A stretch of DNA of 64,000 bases from Eledone cirrhosa (GCA_964016885.1 OZ024742.1:154256001-154320000), one strand, 5' to 3'; counted from the first letter of the stretch, positions 43,854 through 58,062 are shown. Numbers and translations are program-made. The notes: a model not told the origin generated them from the letters alone.

Positions 43854-44429
43854 GTGTGTGTGTGTCTGTGTGTATGTGTTTGTATGTGTGTGTTGTGTGT
43901 GTGTGTGTTTGTGTGTATGTGTGTGTACGTGTGTGTCTGTGGGTATGTCTGCCTGTCTGTATGTATGTATGTGTGTGAATGTGTGCGTCTGTAACCATGT
44001 GTATGTGTGATTATGTGTATGTGTCTGTGTGTTTTGCAAATGGAAACCATAGAAACTTCCAGACTAACTAATCCTAAGATAATTCACGCGTCTAGAAATC
44101 CAATTTTCTCGTGGCTTCATTAAGATTTACTACTATGCAAGATATTATGTTCTCCTAATAAACATCATATTGTTACCATTTCATTCGTTTGCTTCGTGTG
44201 TGTGTCGTATTTCCTAGAAGTATTTAAAATATATGAGTAATATATAGAGAGAGTTGCTCTAATTGAATTTGTCCTACTAACTATTTTAACTACTTCAATG
44301 TGTTCATCTATCTATTTGATTTGGTGCGCTAAATTGGCGTCTCTAAACCACAAACGAAAATGTTTTCCACAATTTACTTTTTTCCCTTGATATAGATTTT
44401 GTTCATTTTCCGACGATATCTATCCTTCT

Positions 44430-45240
44430 TTGCATCTTCCCTTGCTGTATAAGTAGAATATTCATCTACCTGGGAAAAGATTCAATAAGCTTCCAGCTTC
44501 TCTCTTCTTTCCTGCTTTATACGAACCTAAAGTTGGTGTTTGTTTACACCTTCCATCCAGTGAGATTCTGCCCTATTTATTTCTTATTATCATTAATTTA
44601 GCTGTGAGTATACATCATACCGATAATCTTCTACAGACTACTTCAACTGGCGATAACCATAACTCTCCTCAATTCTCCCAGCATAAGGGTTTGGTATTTA
44701 CCCCTTTCAAAGTCTCCAGACTATGAATTTATTCAGGACAATACTCATCCATTTTGTCCACATGACCACATCTCCCCTTAGTTTTTCTGTGCGAATTTTT
44801 TTCTAGATCAAACCTACTTTTATCACGATTTAGCCATATAAAGTGGGTTGTATGGTGTTCTGAATATGGAACACGGTGTTTCTCCTCTCAGAACTCTTAT
44901 TTGTTTCCATGCTCTCCTTTGTGTTTGGAATTTCTTGCGTCTACCTTTATACATGCTAAAAGCAAGCATCGTAAACACATTGCCCCGGACGTCATTTGTA
45001 TCTCCTTTTTGATGAGTGCAATTTTACATTCTAACATAGCATATGTTACAATGTTTAAGCAGTTATTCCTCTTTCTTGTACATACCTGCAAGCGCAGTAC
45101 CTCTCTTGCAACAAAAAGTAGATTCGGAAATATTCAAACCTCCGTAGATCAGGACGAATAACATATCTCACAGGAGGCCTTTCACGGAACAAATTTTACA
45201 CTCATACGTTGTTTTTCTTCCTTCCTTTCCCCGGTGTCGA
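44430..45240 (-). mobile_element. Old RTE-like LINE 3' relic
   Basis: Degenerate VTYA...MCLRCLL...RN and KIRTEKLR..GHVDKMDE motifs. Confidence 0.5.
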
Positions 45241-45764
45241 ACTTCCACATGAATCATGACTCTCCTTTTCTGTATGTCAAAATTACTCATAGATAGAACG
45301 AGCAGTTTCTTAACACTCATCCCGTTCATGTTAATCCAATGATGTCACGTACCTTTAGAATTCTTTGAAATTGTGCGACACATTTGTTGGCTGTTCATAT
45401 ACCTCCAGATCTCCAGATGTAGTGATGGCTTCCCCTTTGACGTGAACGATTTACAACTACCGCTGGCTACTGACAATACTGAAGCTTTCTTGATCTTAGG
45501 GAGGGTCATCATTTCGTGAAGCTGGGATTACCTTGTTCATATTTTTTTCAATCACTCCTCCCATCTCAGAGGAATATGATATGTTGTCAAAACCCAGTAG
45601 CCATAAGATATTCAAGCTTTCTAAATCGTGTCTTTATTTTAATGCATATTGCATGTTGTATCATTACGTTTGAAAACTGAAAGGTTGTAATAAATGGTAA
45701 ATTTCTGGCAAGTTAAACGAGAAGGTAAAGTCTTCCTCCATCGTTGGCTTGATGGTACACATTT

Positions 45765-45950
45765 AATTGTTTATACATTTGGCACAAGGCCAGCAATTAT
45801 CCCAGTGCATTACTAGGACTTTATTTTATCGACAGCATCGACACCATAAGGATGAAAGGCAAATGTAACCACGGCAGGACTTGAACTAAGGCCATAAAAG
45901 GCCGTAACTCTGTGCTGCAATGCATGGCGTCCGACACTACCAACGTTGAC
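45765..45950 (-). mobile_element. SINE
   Basis: ggcacaaggccagcaatt...gatgaaaggcaaa...ttgaact...gcatggcgtccgac. Confidence 0.8.
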
Positions 45951-47562
45951 ACTTGCCCTGTACGTTTCTAATTCTGATTTAATCTGTTTAATTTATCTAC
46001 AATTGGTGCTTGAAACATATTCAGGCCTTATGCTTATGTAGGTCTACACTATAAATCTTTCTACTAGTGCTAGATTTCCGAGATTTTCGTAGACATGAGA
46101 CCTAATATATTAAGCCAAACTTTCCGGAAACTAAAATATATTTGACGAAATATTTTATACACATTCAACATGAGGCATTAACATAACATTACATAAATAT
46201 ACTTTAGTTATTTTTATTTACTTTGAGGATTAGATAGCTAAAAATTATTTTTAAAATGACTAGTCATTCAGAAAATGAGTTTTACAATGAACATTTATTG
46301 ACTAAAAACAAACAATTACGCCTATTCAAAAAAATAAGCATTATACACAAATTGATTATTTAATTATGAGGTTTGAAAACCTTAACTGCATTTTTCATAC
46401 TTCAAGTTGCCGAAAGCATATATACTTAACAGTGAGGGTGTTAGTACACATGTTGTTACTGATTACAATGAAATGATTATTTCACATAATATATTAATGG
46501 CTATTTCTAACATTACCAGCAAGCCGGAAATTTGTGAGAAAGCAAACTATAGACTATATTGACGCCAATACTTGATCGTTAGATTATTTTATCGAACTCA
46601 GAATTAGGAAAGGCAAAGTTAACCTCGGAAGGATTTGAACTCAGTACAAAGAATGCGGTAAGTAAACACTGCAAACAGCTTGATCGATGTTCTGCCTATA
46701 CTGACAATTCACTAATTCCTTGTTTCATTAATAAGGAAATCTAACATATCTTATTTCCACTTGTTGGGTTTGGGATTTTAGAGTGAAAATCTATCAAAAA
46801 GTGTATTTGCTCTTCATTATAATCACCCGAAATTTTAATTTAAAATTTATAAGTTTACAAATGGCTTTCGAACCAAAGATTCTTCTTTTTCAGACTAAAA
46901 ATATGCTATTGTTGCTATACGTATTTAGGAATAATCTAGCAGCATGAAATACATTCTATCTTGAAATAGTCAATACTTTTTATTGTTAATAAAACACTTT
47001 CAAGAGCTTTAAAATGTTGACATCATCCTTAGTTACATACTCACTGCATAGTTTTATGTAATAATTACATGCATGTTGTACGAGTAAACTTCATTGCAGA
47101 AATTGAAGACGAATATCTAAAAAAAAGATATACCTTTTATTTCAACCAATACAGATATTTTCGAATAAATGTGCCGATATTTAATGGCATGAGGATCACA
47201 TAACCTCATCTCCAAGTAACACAGCTGCTGCCGTCTACACATATTTTCATATATGTCTAGGATTTATTCATTTAGTAAGTTTTAAAACATTGGCTAGATT
47301 TACATCCTTATAACAAAGTAAATTCAGACTGGAGGACTGGCGGATTGATACACCTTCATTCTTGTTTCCTTTATTGTTTCACCAAGTGTACGTGATATTT
47401 ACATTCTTTTACCAGTCGGAAACCTATGCAATATGAACAAGTAAGATATATCTGTTTTGCAAAAATGATGAACTTTTCGCTTTCATTTGTTTCAATTCTA
47501 AACAATTGATTTTCAAATATCTGTATTTTGCTATTTGTCACTGAGTTAGCTAGATATGAAAC

Positions 47563-47750
47563 ATGGATTGGCAGTATCGGTAGAGGGTCGGACGCCATGC
47601 TTTGACGCGTAGTGTTACGACCCTTGCCATTCTGAGTTCAGATCCCGCCGAGGTTAACTTTGCCTTTCATCCTTACGAGGTCGATAAAATAAAGTACCAG
47701 TAATACACTGAGTAATTGCTGGCCTTGTGCCAAAAGTAGAAACAATTATT
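47563..47750 (+). mobile_element. Full-length SINE
   Basis: A box tggcagtatcgg, B box gagttcagatccc, conserved body and agtagaaacaatt tail. Confidence 0.88.
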
Positions 47751-48469
47751 AAAAAACAAAGAAATTCTGTACTCAACACACATATTCAGATGTATCTCCA
47801 ATCCAACTGTAGCTGTAGCCTAAAGCAATACACGTTTCATCATATTCACTATTCTCATGGACTTGTAGTTGACTACTAAAGCTTATCAACACCTATTTCG
47901 TTTCCGATGTTTGCTTTCTGACTTATTGTTGATATGTAACAATTTATTCATTGAGGATATAAATAGAGTGCAGCGTATCGATTGTAGAATATTATAATTG
48001 CCAAAATCATATTTTGTCACTTTGCGTTTATTAAAAAATCACTAAGCTATTTAACACCAATACTCAGCACTGGCCATAACAACATTCATCGCTGCCTAAA
48101 CTAAAGGTATTTGAGTATTATTAGCTTCAAATGCCAAATTTGATCAGCAGAATATATTCTAGAATTCTTATTCGCACATCAAATCTAAATGATGATTTCT
48201 CAGCAAAAATTCCTAAATATTTGTGAAATACATGAATTTCCCCGGAATGACTGTGCTACTGCATTACATACTTCAACCTACACACACACACATAGAACCT
48301 CACACAAATACACAATCACACGAACACACTTTTACAAAAACGATATGTGTGTCTATGTACATGTGTTTATGTGTGCGTATGCGTGTGTGCGTGTCGCGTG
48401 TGCACCATGAGCCCTCAATGTAAATGTGGCATGAACATGCCACAAATCAGAGCGCACTTATAACAAATA

Positions 48470-48660
48470 ATTGTTTCTACTAATTATTTAATAATTGTTT
48501 CTTATAACAAAAAATTGTTTCTACTATAGGCACGAGACCAGCAATTACCCAGTACATTACTGGTACTTTATTTTATCGACCCCGTAAGGATGAAAGGCAA
48601 AGTTAACCTCGGCGGGATTTGAACTCAGACTTAAAGGGACGTAACTATACTAGAAAACAT
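48470..48660 (-). mobile_element. SINE with reiterated tail
   Basis: aattgtttct three times, then the SINE body through tttgaactcag. Confidence 0.8.
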
Positions 48661-48780
48661 AATGTTAGTGAAACAAATAAATGACATCGAAACAATCAGA
48701 ATATGTAAAATATTACTTACATTACATTAGCAATATTTTGGTCAAATAGAAACTCTCTCTTTCTCTCTCCCTCCTTCCCA

Positions 48781-48867
<87 letters not shown>

Positions 48868-48871
<4 letters not shown>

Positions 48872-50334
48872 ATAATAATAAATTTGAAAACTAAAATCCA
48901 AAGAGGGCTCGATAAGGATAAATATATATCAAATATATAAGAACCTATTCCTTCTTTTCTCTATCAAGGACGAATTCCCCAACGCGGGTGGTGGTTTGTA
49001 CCGTGACGATAGTCTTTTTACCATGACTAAGTGCGGACCTCGTGCTTGCGACAGGTTCAGAAAAGAACTCACAGCCTTCTTTAAAGGATTCAACCTCTCT
49101 ATACAGGTTGAGGCCAATCTCTCGGTCGTTAATTACCTCGACGTTACTCTCAATTTATTAAATGGGTTGTATTACCCTTATAGAAAGCCGAATGATACGC
49201 TTAATTACGTAAGTAAGCATTCCAACAATCCTGCCAGCATAACCAAGAACCTGGTAAGAAACGTTTCGTTGAGGCTTTCCCGTCTTTCCACCAACGAGCG
49301 TATTTTCAACGACCATTCCACTTATTACAATGAAGCTCTTCTCGAAGTGGATTTGTCGATAAGGTAGCATACACAGAGTACGAAAATAGACATAGAAGAA
49401 ATAGATCTCGTCGCATTGTTTGGTATAACCCACCATATAATATGGAGGTGGCCACACCATTAGCTAATATCTTTCTTTCCCTTATTACGAAGCATTTTCC
49501 ACCTACACATAAAATAGTAAAATTGTTAATAGAAATACTATTAATTTCTTACTCTACATCTCCTAACCTTGCACATAACATCACAGCTTCAAATTTAGCT
49601 AAACTACCTAGCCGTAGGAACACGTGCAACTCTGTAGTTAGTACTAACTGTAATTGTAGGAATCGGGTTGATTGCCCCCTATCTGGGAAATGCCTTCTTA
49701 GTAACCTTGTCTACAAATGTAAGGTTGTAACACCCACGTCCCGTAGGGCCTACATAGGGTTAACCGCCAATAGATTCAAGCAGCGTCTTTACATGAACAC
49801 CCATCCTTTTGCTTACCCTCTAAGAAGGAATATGACGTCACTTTCAGCTTATATCTGGAGTCTAAAAGACAACCACACCCAATATAAGTTACACTGGTAG
49901 ACCCTAGCTAGGGCTAGATCGTATAACGGAAATAAAAGACCATGTGACCTCTGCGCCGCTGAGGGCCTGGAAATACTCTACGCCACAGACCAAGTCTTAA
50001 ACAAAAAATCTGAGGCAATTTCGGCTTGCAAACATAAATTTCACAAAACTTTCCTGTATTACAGCCCCACGTTATACCCTAACGGATAGTACGATCTATA
50101 CGTGAGATATGTTACGTCTTGATGTGGGAGCTAAGTATATGTTTTGTTTATACCATTACTTATTTGCATAGCGAACGTTCCACGAACCAAAGTTTCGTCT
50201 TCCTGTCTTCCTCCGGTTGTAACGTTTTTTGAAATATCCATTACTGCGTTTACATATTGACTTTGTTAGTTTCAGAAGATCCCGTTAAGGGTGAAAGCAG
50301 CGATTATTTGCTTAAACTTTAATCTGTTATTTTA

Positions 50335-50340
<6 letters not shown>
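48868..50340 (+). mobile_element. Naiad-type PLE: short inverted tail, RT C-terminal half, GIY-YIG, pLTR with HHR-like motif (50268-50318)
   Basis: GLYRDD, VNYLDVTLNL, PYRKPN, YVSKHSNNP, RLSRLS, WYNPPY, CNCRNRVDCPLSGKC (CxCx5Cx5C), VYKC..YIGLT..FKQR, CDLC, LNKKSE...CKH. Confidence 0.92.
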
Positions 50341-50425
<85 letters not shown>

Positions 50426-50597
50426 GAAACCAAGTCGTCAGAAGAACCGGTATACCTCCGATCGTTCTGTCACTCACTCCCGCTTTAATTAAGCCAGCAT
50501 CATTAGGATATTAATATATATACAAAGTTTACGAAAATGGTTGAAATTAATTCATGAATCTCTGGCCACAACTCACACACTGAATGAATCTATCAGA

Positions 50598-51198
50598 TTA
50601 GCAAGGGTGCCCCGAGGCCATAGTATCTAGAATAAGGATGGGTTGGAAGAAGTTAAGGGAGCTGCTTCCTCTGTTCTCAAAGAAGGGTTTCTCCCTACGA
50701 GCGAAAGACCAGTTACATGATGCCTGTGTTAAATGTGCGATGCCGTATGGTAGTGAGACATGGCCAGTAACTACAGAGGATATGCGACGGCTGGAGAGAG
50801 ATGAAGCAAGCATACTTCGTTGGATATGCAATGTCAATGTGCGTGAACGACCAAGCATAGACGAGTTAAGATAGGAAGTGTGTGTAAGTGTGATAAGTTT
50901 TGGCGTGTGGGAGAGACGACTGCGTTGGTATGGAAATGTGATGAGCATGGACGATGATCGCTGGGTTAAGAAGTGCCAAGAAATCCCAGTGGAAGGGAGA
51001 CGCAGTCGAGAAAGACCACGAAAATGATGGGCGGAAGTGGTGAGAGGTGACCTCAGATCGCTGCAGCTCACGGAGGAAATCACGAAGGACCGCAACGAAT
51101 GGGTAGATGCTGTGCTGAACAAGACCCGTCCCATCCTTGCAAGCAGAGAAAAGCGGACGGAAAATGATGACGATGATGATGATTATGATTATGATGAT
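50598..51198 (+). mobile_element. RTE-clade LINE 3' fragment with (GAT)n tail
   Basis: RIRMGWKKLRELLPL...YGSETW...LER...LRW...RRLRWYGNV...G.R.R.RPRK, then gatgacgatgatgatgat. Confidence 0.88.
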
Positions 51199-51364
51199 AT
51201 ATATATATAACAAAGAAATTGTGGTAAGGAACCAGGTGGAGCATAACGCATCAGAGTAATCAATATGTAGGGTAGTAGAGTGGGTAATATGATCTAGCTG
51301 TCGAAACAGCTCAGCATAACCCTCTCAAAGTATAACATTATATATATATATATATATATATAAT

Positions 51365-51639
51365 ATATCCAAATAATGACGCATGATATTCGTTTTTTCC
51401 CGTTCTTTGCCAGGGAACGTTTCCAAGAACTAAAGTATCATCTTCCTGTCTTCCTCCGGTTGCAATGTTTTTGGAAATATACACTTCTGCGTTTACAGAT
51501 TGACTTTGTTAGTTTCAGAAGATCCCGTTAAGGGTGAAAGCAGTGATTATTTGCTTAAACTTTAATCTGTTATTTTAATAAATATTTGCTCTACGGTTCT
51601 TATATATTTGATATATATTTACCCTTATCGAGCTCTCTT
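51365..51639 (+). mobile_element. Solo pLTR of the 48868-50340 family (HHR-like motif 51511-51561)
   Basis: Matches 36590-36795 and 50170-50340. Its tail also occurs at 13715-13805 and 24010-24090. Confidence 0.8.
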
Positions 51640-51839
51640 NNNNNNNNNNNNNNNNNNNNNNNNNNNNNNNNNNNNNNNNNNNNNNNNNNNNNNNNNNNNN
51701 NNNNNNNNNNNNNNNNNNNNNNNNNNNNNNNNNNNNNNNNNNNNNNNNNNNNNNNNNNNNNNNNNNNNNNNNNNNNNNNNNNNNNNNNNNNNNNNNNNNN
51801 NNNNNNNNNNNNNNNNNNNNNNNNNNNNNNNNNNNNNNN
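51640..51839. other. Assembly gap (200 N)
   Basis: Run of n. Confidence 1.
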
Positions 51840-51887
51840 CATATATATATATAAACGCATAAGTAAGCACACAATCAAACATACATG

Positions 51888-51963
<76 letters not shown>

Positions 51964-51969
51964 TACATA

Positions 51970-52037
<68 letters not shown>

Positions 52038-52644
52038 TACATATAACACAATTAATGCGACATCATTCCTATACCAATTTTGAGGATGAGAATAAAATTT
52101 TGGAAAACATTTGTGAAGAATAAATGTCGTTTGGTCTTTTCTTTCAGTTCTATAGCCATGTATTTTGTTTGTTTTTAACGCGTATAAAGTAAAAAGGTCC
52201 AAATAATATAATTTTATTAATACAAAAGTGAACAATATTTGTACAATAATAGAGCCTATTATACCGAGTACAATTAAGTTATATTCTTTTTCTATTTCCG
52301 TATAGTTTTAACATCAAATACATTCGTTTGTAGTCGATGCATGTGTTACTGTAATTTACATTCATAAATATCTTCAAAGCCTTTCGTTTCGTTTTGATAT
52401 CATTACGATTTCCTTTTTATTTTCACTCAGTTCAAGAGAACAATGCTAGATTTTAATAGACATATGTGTAAAAAAGAAAAGAACGAATAAAAATTATTTC
52501 CAATGATGATTTATTATACTCAACATTTATGTATATCTATCTATCTATTTATCTACACATACTGACATATTTACACACACATACCCCCCCCCCCCCCCGG
52601 CATATATATATATATATATATATAAATATATATACATATATATG

Positions 52645-52760
<116 letters not shown>

Positions 52761-53050
52761 AGTGCGTGTGTGTGTGTATGCGTGTATAAATGAAGAAAAG
52801 AATAGAAAATCTGCAATGACATCACATTGCATATCTGGGGAAACATAAACAAATATATTTCAGAAGAGGCCAACAGTCGAATACAATCTAGACAAATGGT
52901 AGTTTGTTATTGCTGTTATATGTGTCCATATTTATCATTAACCATATAAAATGGGACAAATGGTAATTAAAATAAAGCCGTTCACCTTCCGATAAATTTA
53001 CTTTTTTCTATGGATATTGTAGCAGTGATATATATATACATACAAATTAT

Positions 53051-53081
<31 letters not shown>

Positions 53082-53114
53082 CATAAATACACACACACAC
53101 ACACGCGCGCACAG

Positions 53115-53171
<57 letters not shown>

Positions 53172-53200
53172 CATATATACATATAAACATATACACATAT

Positions 53201-53259
<59 letters not shown>

Positions 53260-53367
53260 CATCTCTCTGTGCGCGCGTGTGTGTGTGTGTGTTTATGTAT
53301 ATATATATATATATATATGTATGTATTTGTATATGTATGTATTTATATGTGTATGTATATGTATATG

Positions 53368-53409
<42 letters not shown>

Positions 53410-54215
53410 GGTATATATGCATATATATATTTTGTATTTATGTGCATTTTCGATGTATGTTTCTACGTGCGTTTCTATGTGCGTATGTATGTGTTCAATT
53501 TTATTTTTACATCAGTAAATATGTTTGAAGTTTGTATCTACCTACATACGGATTTATAATAGACTGATCCATTGAACCTGTGACAAGTTGTAGTTTACTG
53601 AATAAAATAATTTTCAGGAAAAAACAATCATAACGGTTAATGTTTTATTATACTACTTAAATGAAGGAGATCTAGAAAAATCTGTAGATTGGTAGATAAA
53701 ATGCTATGTGGCATATACTTATGTTCGAATCACACAGGGGAAATATTTGCCTTGTATAATTCCATGTACGTTAAATAAACATTGATACATTACTAGCGTC
53801 TTTATATTTCAACAATACATACTTCTAAAAGAAACTACATATTGAGATGTTTTGTATACGTTAGAAATAATAATGATATAACTAAAAGAATATTAATTTT
53901 CATCTTTGCGAATTGATTAGCTATGTGCTGCTATGTATTCCACTGTATTAAAATTGAATGGATTCATTCAATATTGTTTTGCGTGTCAAGCGCTTATATT
54001 TATTTGAACTATGAAATTAATACCCAACATATATTTAGAAAATACGTACTCGTTCACTTGTATTACTACTTTTACGAAATTTACTATGTTCTATCTCAAA
54101 ATGCCTAATTATAATTAATTTTACTGCGGTTTTAATCATTCATTTAGGAATAGAAATATGTTTAAATGAAAGTTAGGCGAATGAACAATTTGCATTGTTG
54201 AAATATATTCATTAC

Positions 54216-54350
54216 CTACAGATCCATCCTGACTGAACAGATCTATTATCAATGACGCTGCAAATGCGATCTCCCCGGCTTTGTATTCAGAAGGAGGCCA
54301 CATGGGATAATGTTCGCAGATGTATTTCAATACCACGTAAAATACAATTT
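54216..54350 (-). CDS. Candidate internal host exon (135 bp, phase 1-1); product uncertain
   Basis: Acceptor ttttacAG and donor AG|GTaatg. One open frame: IVFYVVLKYICEHYPMWPPSEYKAGEIAFAASLIIDLFSQDGSV. Confidence 0.45.
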
Positions 54351-55009
54351 CTGTAAAATTTAGTATTGCTGTTGAGGTTCCCCTGTTGCCAAAAGATATC
54401 ACTACACTTATGAGAAATATGACGTCATATCTCAGTCATTTCCTGCGTTGGTTTATGAGTGAATAATCATAAAAGAATATGTCTGAGAATTTTGCTCTAA
54501 GCCGAGATTTACTGGCAAAATGGTATTTACAATGCATATTATAAATGTAATCTCAAATAAATTGCATTGGGAACATTACGTATATTGCAGTAGTTGTTTT
54601 GTAGACGGTATCTTCGAATAGATATTATTTTAATGTTTGATAATATTATATTTGTAAGATGCATTAAAAATATATTGAGTTCATATATCTTGAATATATC
54701 ACAAACAGACAAGGGTAAAGCAATTGTGTTATATAAGGCTCTGTAAATGTAAAAAACAGAAACAAAAACGCCAACCATACTATAAATAGAATACATCTCA
54801 AACAAACACATGCTTTTTTTAATAATAAAACATATTGAGTGTACAAAACGTATATGGAAAACAACAAAATAGTTGTGGCTTGAAAGTTATACCCACCTTC
54901 CGGACGATATGTTATGAATGAAATATGCAAACAACATGAATTTACAGCATGGTTTTCAAACTACAAAACCAAACCGATTCTAAGAATCAAACGACATATA
55001 TGTAATCAT

Positions 55010-55290
55010 GGTTGACTTTGCCTTTCATCCTTACGGGGTCGATAAAATAAAGTACCAGTAATGCACTGGGTAATTGCTGGCCTTGTGCCAAAAGTAGAAA
55101 CAATTATTTCTACTTTCGTTGGCACAAGGCCAGCAATTATCCCAGTGCATTAGTGGTACTTTACTTTATAGACCCCTTAAGGATGAAAGGCAAATTTAAC
55201 CTTTTCAGGATTTGAACTCAGACCATAAAGGGCCGTAACACTTTGCTGTAAAGCATGGCGTCTGACCCTCTACTGATACTGCCAATCAAT
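55010..55290. mobile_element. Two SINEs joined tail-to-tail
   Basis: Plus copy 55010-55106 ends agtagaaacaatta; the minus copy starts immediately at tttctacttt. Confidence 0.85.
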
Positions 55291-56064
55291 GTCTAAAAGC
55301 CTTACTTCATCTATTTTGATTCTAAATCCTGTCCTATTAAACCTGGTTTGATTCTTTTTTCTTCTTGTGAAATACATATAGCTTTTAGGTTGGTTGTTGA
55401 TTAGATATAAATACTTTTACCTAACCACGCCACACTGTTCAGCTATGTGAACTATGTTAATCAAAATATTTAATTACAGGAAATCGAATTGAACAAGGTC
55501 GACATGTATAATAACAAACTAAGTAGTAGTGCTATGATGTGAAAATATTTACATCATTAGAAAGAATCAAACCTATACACCAGGTCCGAAAACAAGGAAC
55601 CAAACTCCCACTGTCACTGCCACCATCTCTCCTGCTCTCCACATCTCTCACTAATATCAGCAAATGGGGGATCATGCACTGTAACACAAGCGTAGTTCAT
55701 AATAGTGCATCTAATAATTAACCTTAGCAGGTCAAGGTCACACTATATGCAAATCAGCATCTCCCGACGATATTTCATACACAAAAGTACATAGAAGTTG
55801 AAGCATATTATTGTTACCTCCATCGGGGCTGGCTATGAATTAGGTGTGACAGATAATGATACAGAAACAGGTATTATCACAAGGGTACTGGGATGACTGT
55901 GATTTGAGCACGACGTAAACTATACTTGCATGTTCATTACACATAAACTTATCACATACCTTCATATACAAATCTGTTTCGACAAGAGTAAATTTGTATT
56001 TTCTGGCATGATTATATATAAAAAGAAACTGTATATAGATAAACGCTTCGAAGCGTTAATGAGT

Positions 56065-56099
<35 letters not shown>

Positions 56100-56137
56100 A
56101 TGCCAGAAAATACACACACACACACACACACACACAG

Positions 56138-56214
<77 letters not shown>

Positions 56215-56219
<5 letters not shown>

Positions 56220-56269
56220 ACATACATACATATATATATATACAGACGTACAGCAGTATGTATATACAT

Positions 56270-56303
<34 letters not shown>

Positions 56304-56983
56304 GTAGGTATTGGTTTGCCGAACATTTATTATAATGTTCGGTTTGCTTGTAAACAAACAACCCGAATTAAGCCGTACAGTGTTCGGCAACCATCGTTGA
56401 CATGTTGTTCAACACTGACAAAGGAACGATGAACTAGTTTCGAGCTTCTTAGCTGTCATCAGCGCCGTTAACCTTCCTGTCAGATGATTGAACGTTTGAA
56501 ATTAAATACTTTCCTCATGCATATTAACGGCTGGGCAGTCTAATTTGCATATCGAGTGAGTTAGTCGGTCGGGGGCACCGAAAACGATAAATGGAAAAAA
56601 TGATATTGAAATTTCATTTCTCACTCTTCGTACGGCTGATACTTAAATGTAATATGTATACGTACATACATGTATGTATACGGTGTGATGACAGCTAAGA
56701 AGCTCGAAACTAGTTCATCGTTCCTTTGTCAGTGTTGAACAAAGTGGCAACGATGGTTGCCGAACACAGTGCGGCTTAATTCGGGGTGTTTGTTTACAAA
56801 CAAACCGAACATTATAATAAATGTTCGGTAAACCCATACGTACATATGTGTATATATGTTCATGTATGTATATATATACATACTGCTGTACGTCCGTATA
56901 GATATATGTACGTACGTATACATACTTACGTTTAAGTATCACCCGTAATAAGAATGAGAAATGAAATTTCAATTTCATTTTTT

Positions 56984-56990
<7 letters not shown>
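56215..56990. repeat. Nested inverted repeats of an HHR element (HHR 56425-56469 minus; C3-less copy 56680-56722 plus)
   Basis: 56237-56468 versus 56680-56900, and 56590-56675 versus 56905-56987. HHR: AACGGCG CUGAUGA C-AGCU-AAGA-AGCU-C GAAA CUAG UU CAUCGUU. Confidence 0.8.
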
Positions 56991-57030
<40 letters not shown>

Positions 57031-57031
<1 letters not shown>

Positions 57032-57470
57032 TAGCAGGGGAACCCGGCGTTGATCGGATATTACATAGCAGTTGTGTATACCATGCATTTATGTCAATAA
57101 TTCAGTACTGCTTTGAAATCTATACTTTGACAAAATCAGTGGCTTTTTCCAAAAGGGGGTTCCTACACCCAGTGGTCCCATACTCAATATGCGACAATTC
57201 TGAGAGTTCACATTCATATGCAGGACAAACGTAGCAAATGTGTCAAGTTTTGTGAAAATCGGTTGCGAACTCCAGATGTTATGACGTTTTGTTGTATTGC
57301 ATTGCAGTGCTTCAGTCGACTCCAAGAAAGTGGTTGAAGGAGGTTATCTGCCGGGAGGCCCTATCATCACTATCTGGAAAAATGAAAGTGCCCATCACCA
57401 TCCGGAGTACATAAGTAACCTATGTCTTAAGTTTGGTGAAAATACTGTAGAAATGCATAATGTTTATACA
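57031..57470 (-). mobile_element. Non-autonomous Helitron 3' portion
   Basis: (TA)n-CTAGcaggggaacccggcgttgatcgg is a minus-strand hairpin plus CTAG|T, like 14953-14982 and 31879-31905. Confidence 0.7.
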
Positions 57471-57689
57471 TACGCGCGCCTGCGTGCGTGCGTGTGTGTG
57501 TATGTGGGTGGGTATGTGGGTGTGTGTATATTTATGTGTGCGTGCGTATGTATGTGTATGTCCGTCGGGGCATTCGTATGTACTGGCCTAAATCTTCACT
57601 ATTTACTTTTACTATTTTAATAACCTCTGTCATTTTCGTTTTCAATTTTATTTACATCATTCTTAAACTCCACTGGAAATCATTCTGTT

Positions 57690-57980
57690 ATTTTAAATAG
57701 AATATTAGTCTAACGACTCCTTTTATACCATAAACTTGGTCTTGTCTTTGCATGAAATTGTTCTTCTCAGTCCACATAACGACGTATTAGCCTCGCTTTT
57801 TTTCCGTTCATTACCAGGGAAACGTCTTCACGAATCAAAATATCGTCTTCCTGTTTTCCTTCGGTTGCAACGTTTCTCAAAATATTTATTTCTGCGTTCA
57901 CAGATTATTTTTTTTAGTTTCAGAAGTTAATGTTGAAAGCAGCGAATCTTTGTTTAAACTTTAACCTGTTCTTATAACAT
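57690..57980 (+). mobile_element. Diverged solo pLTR of the 48868-50340 family (HHR stem II deleted)
   Basis: Matches 36510-36790. Confidence 0.7.
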
Positions 57981-57982
57981 AT

Positions 57983-58060
<78 letters not shown>

Positions 58061-58062
<2 letters not shown>

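Noticed and set aside
45350-45635. Possible exon (HDLESLNILWLLGFDNISY...SKNSK|gt)
   Set aside because: Needs a frameshift or an implausible 10-nt intron, and the acceptor is weak.
55815-55935. YVVLKxxxxxYP echo of the 54216-54350 peptide
   Set aside because: Seven matching residues, an in-frame stop soon after and no acceptor; may be chance.
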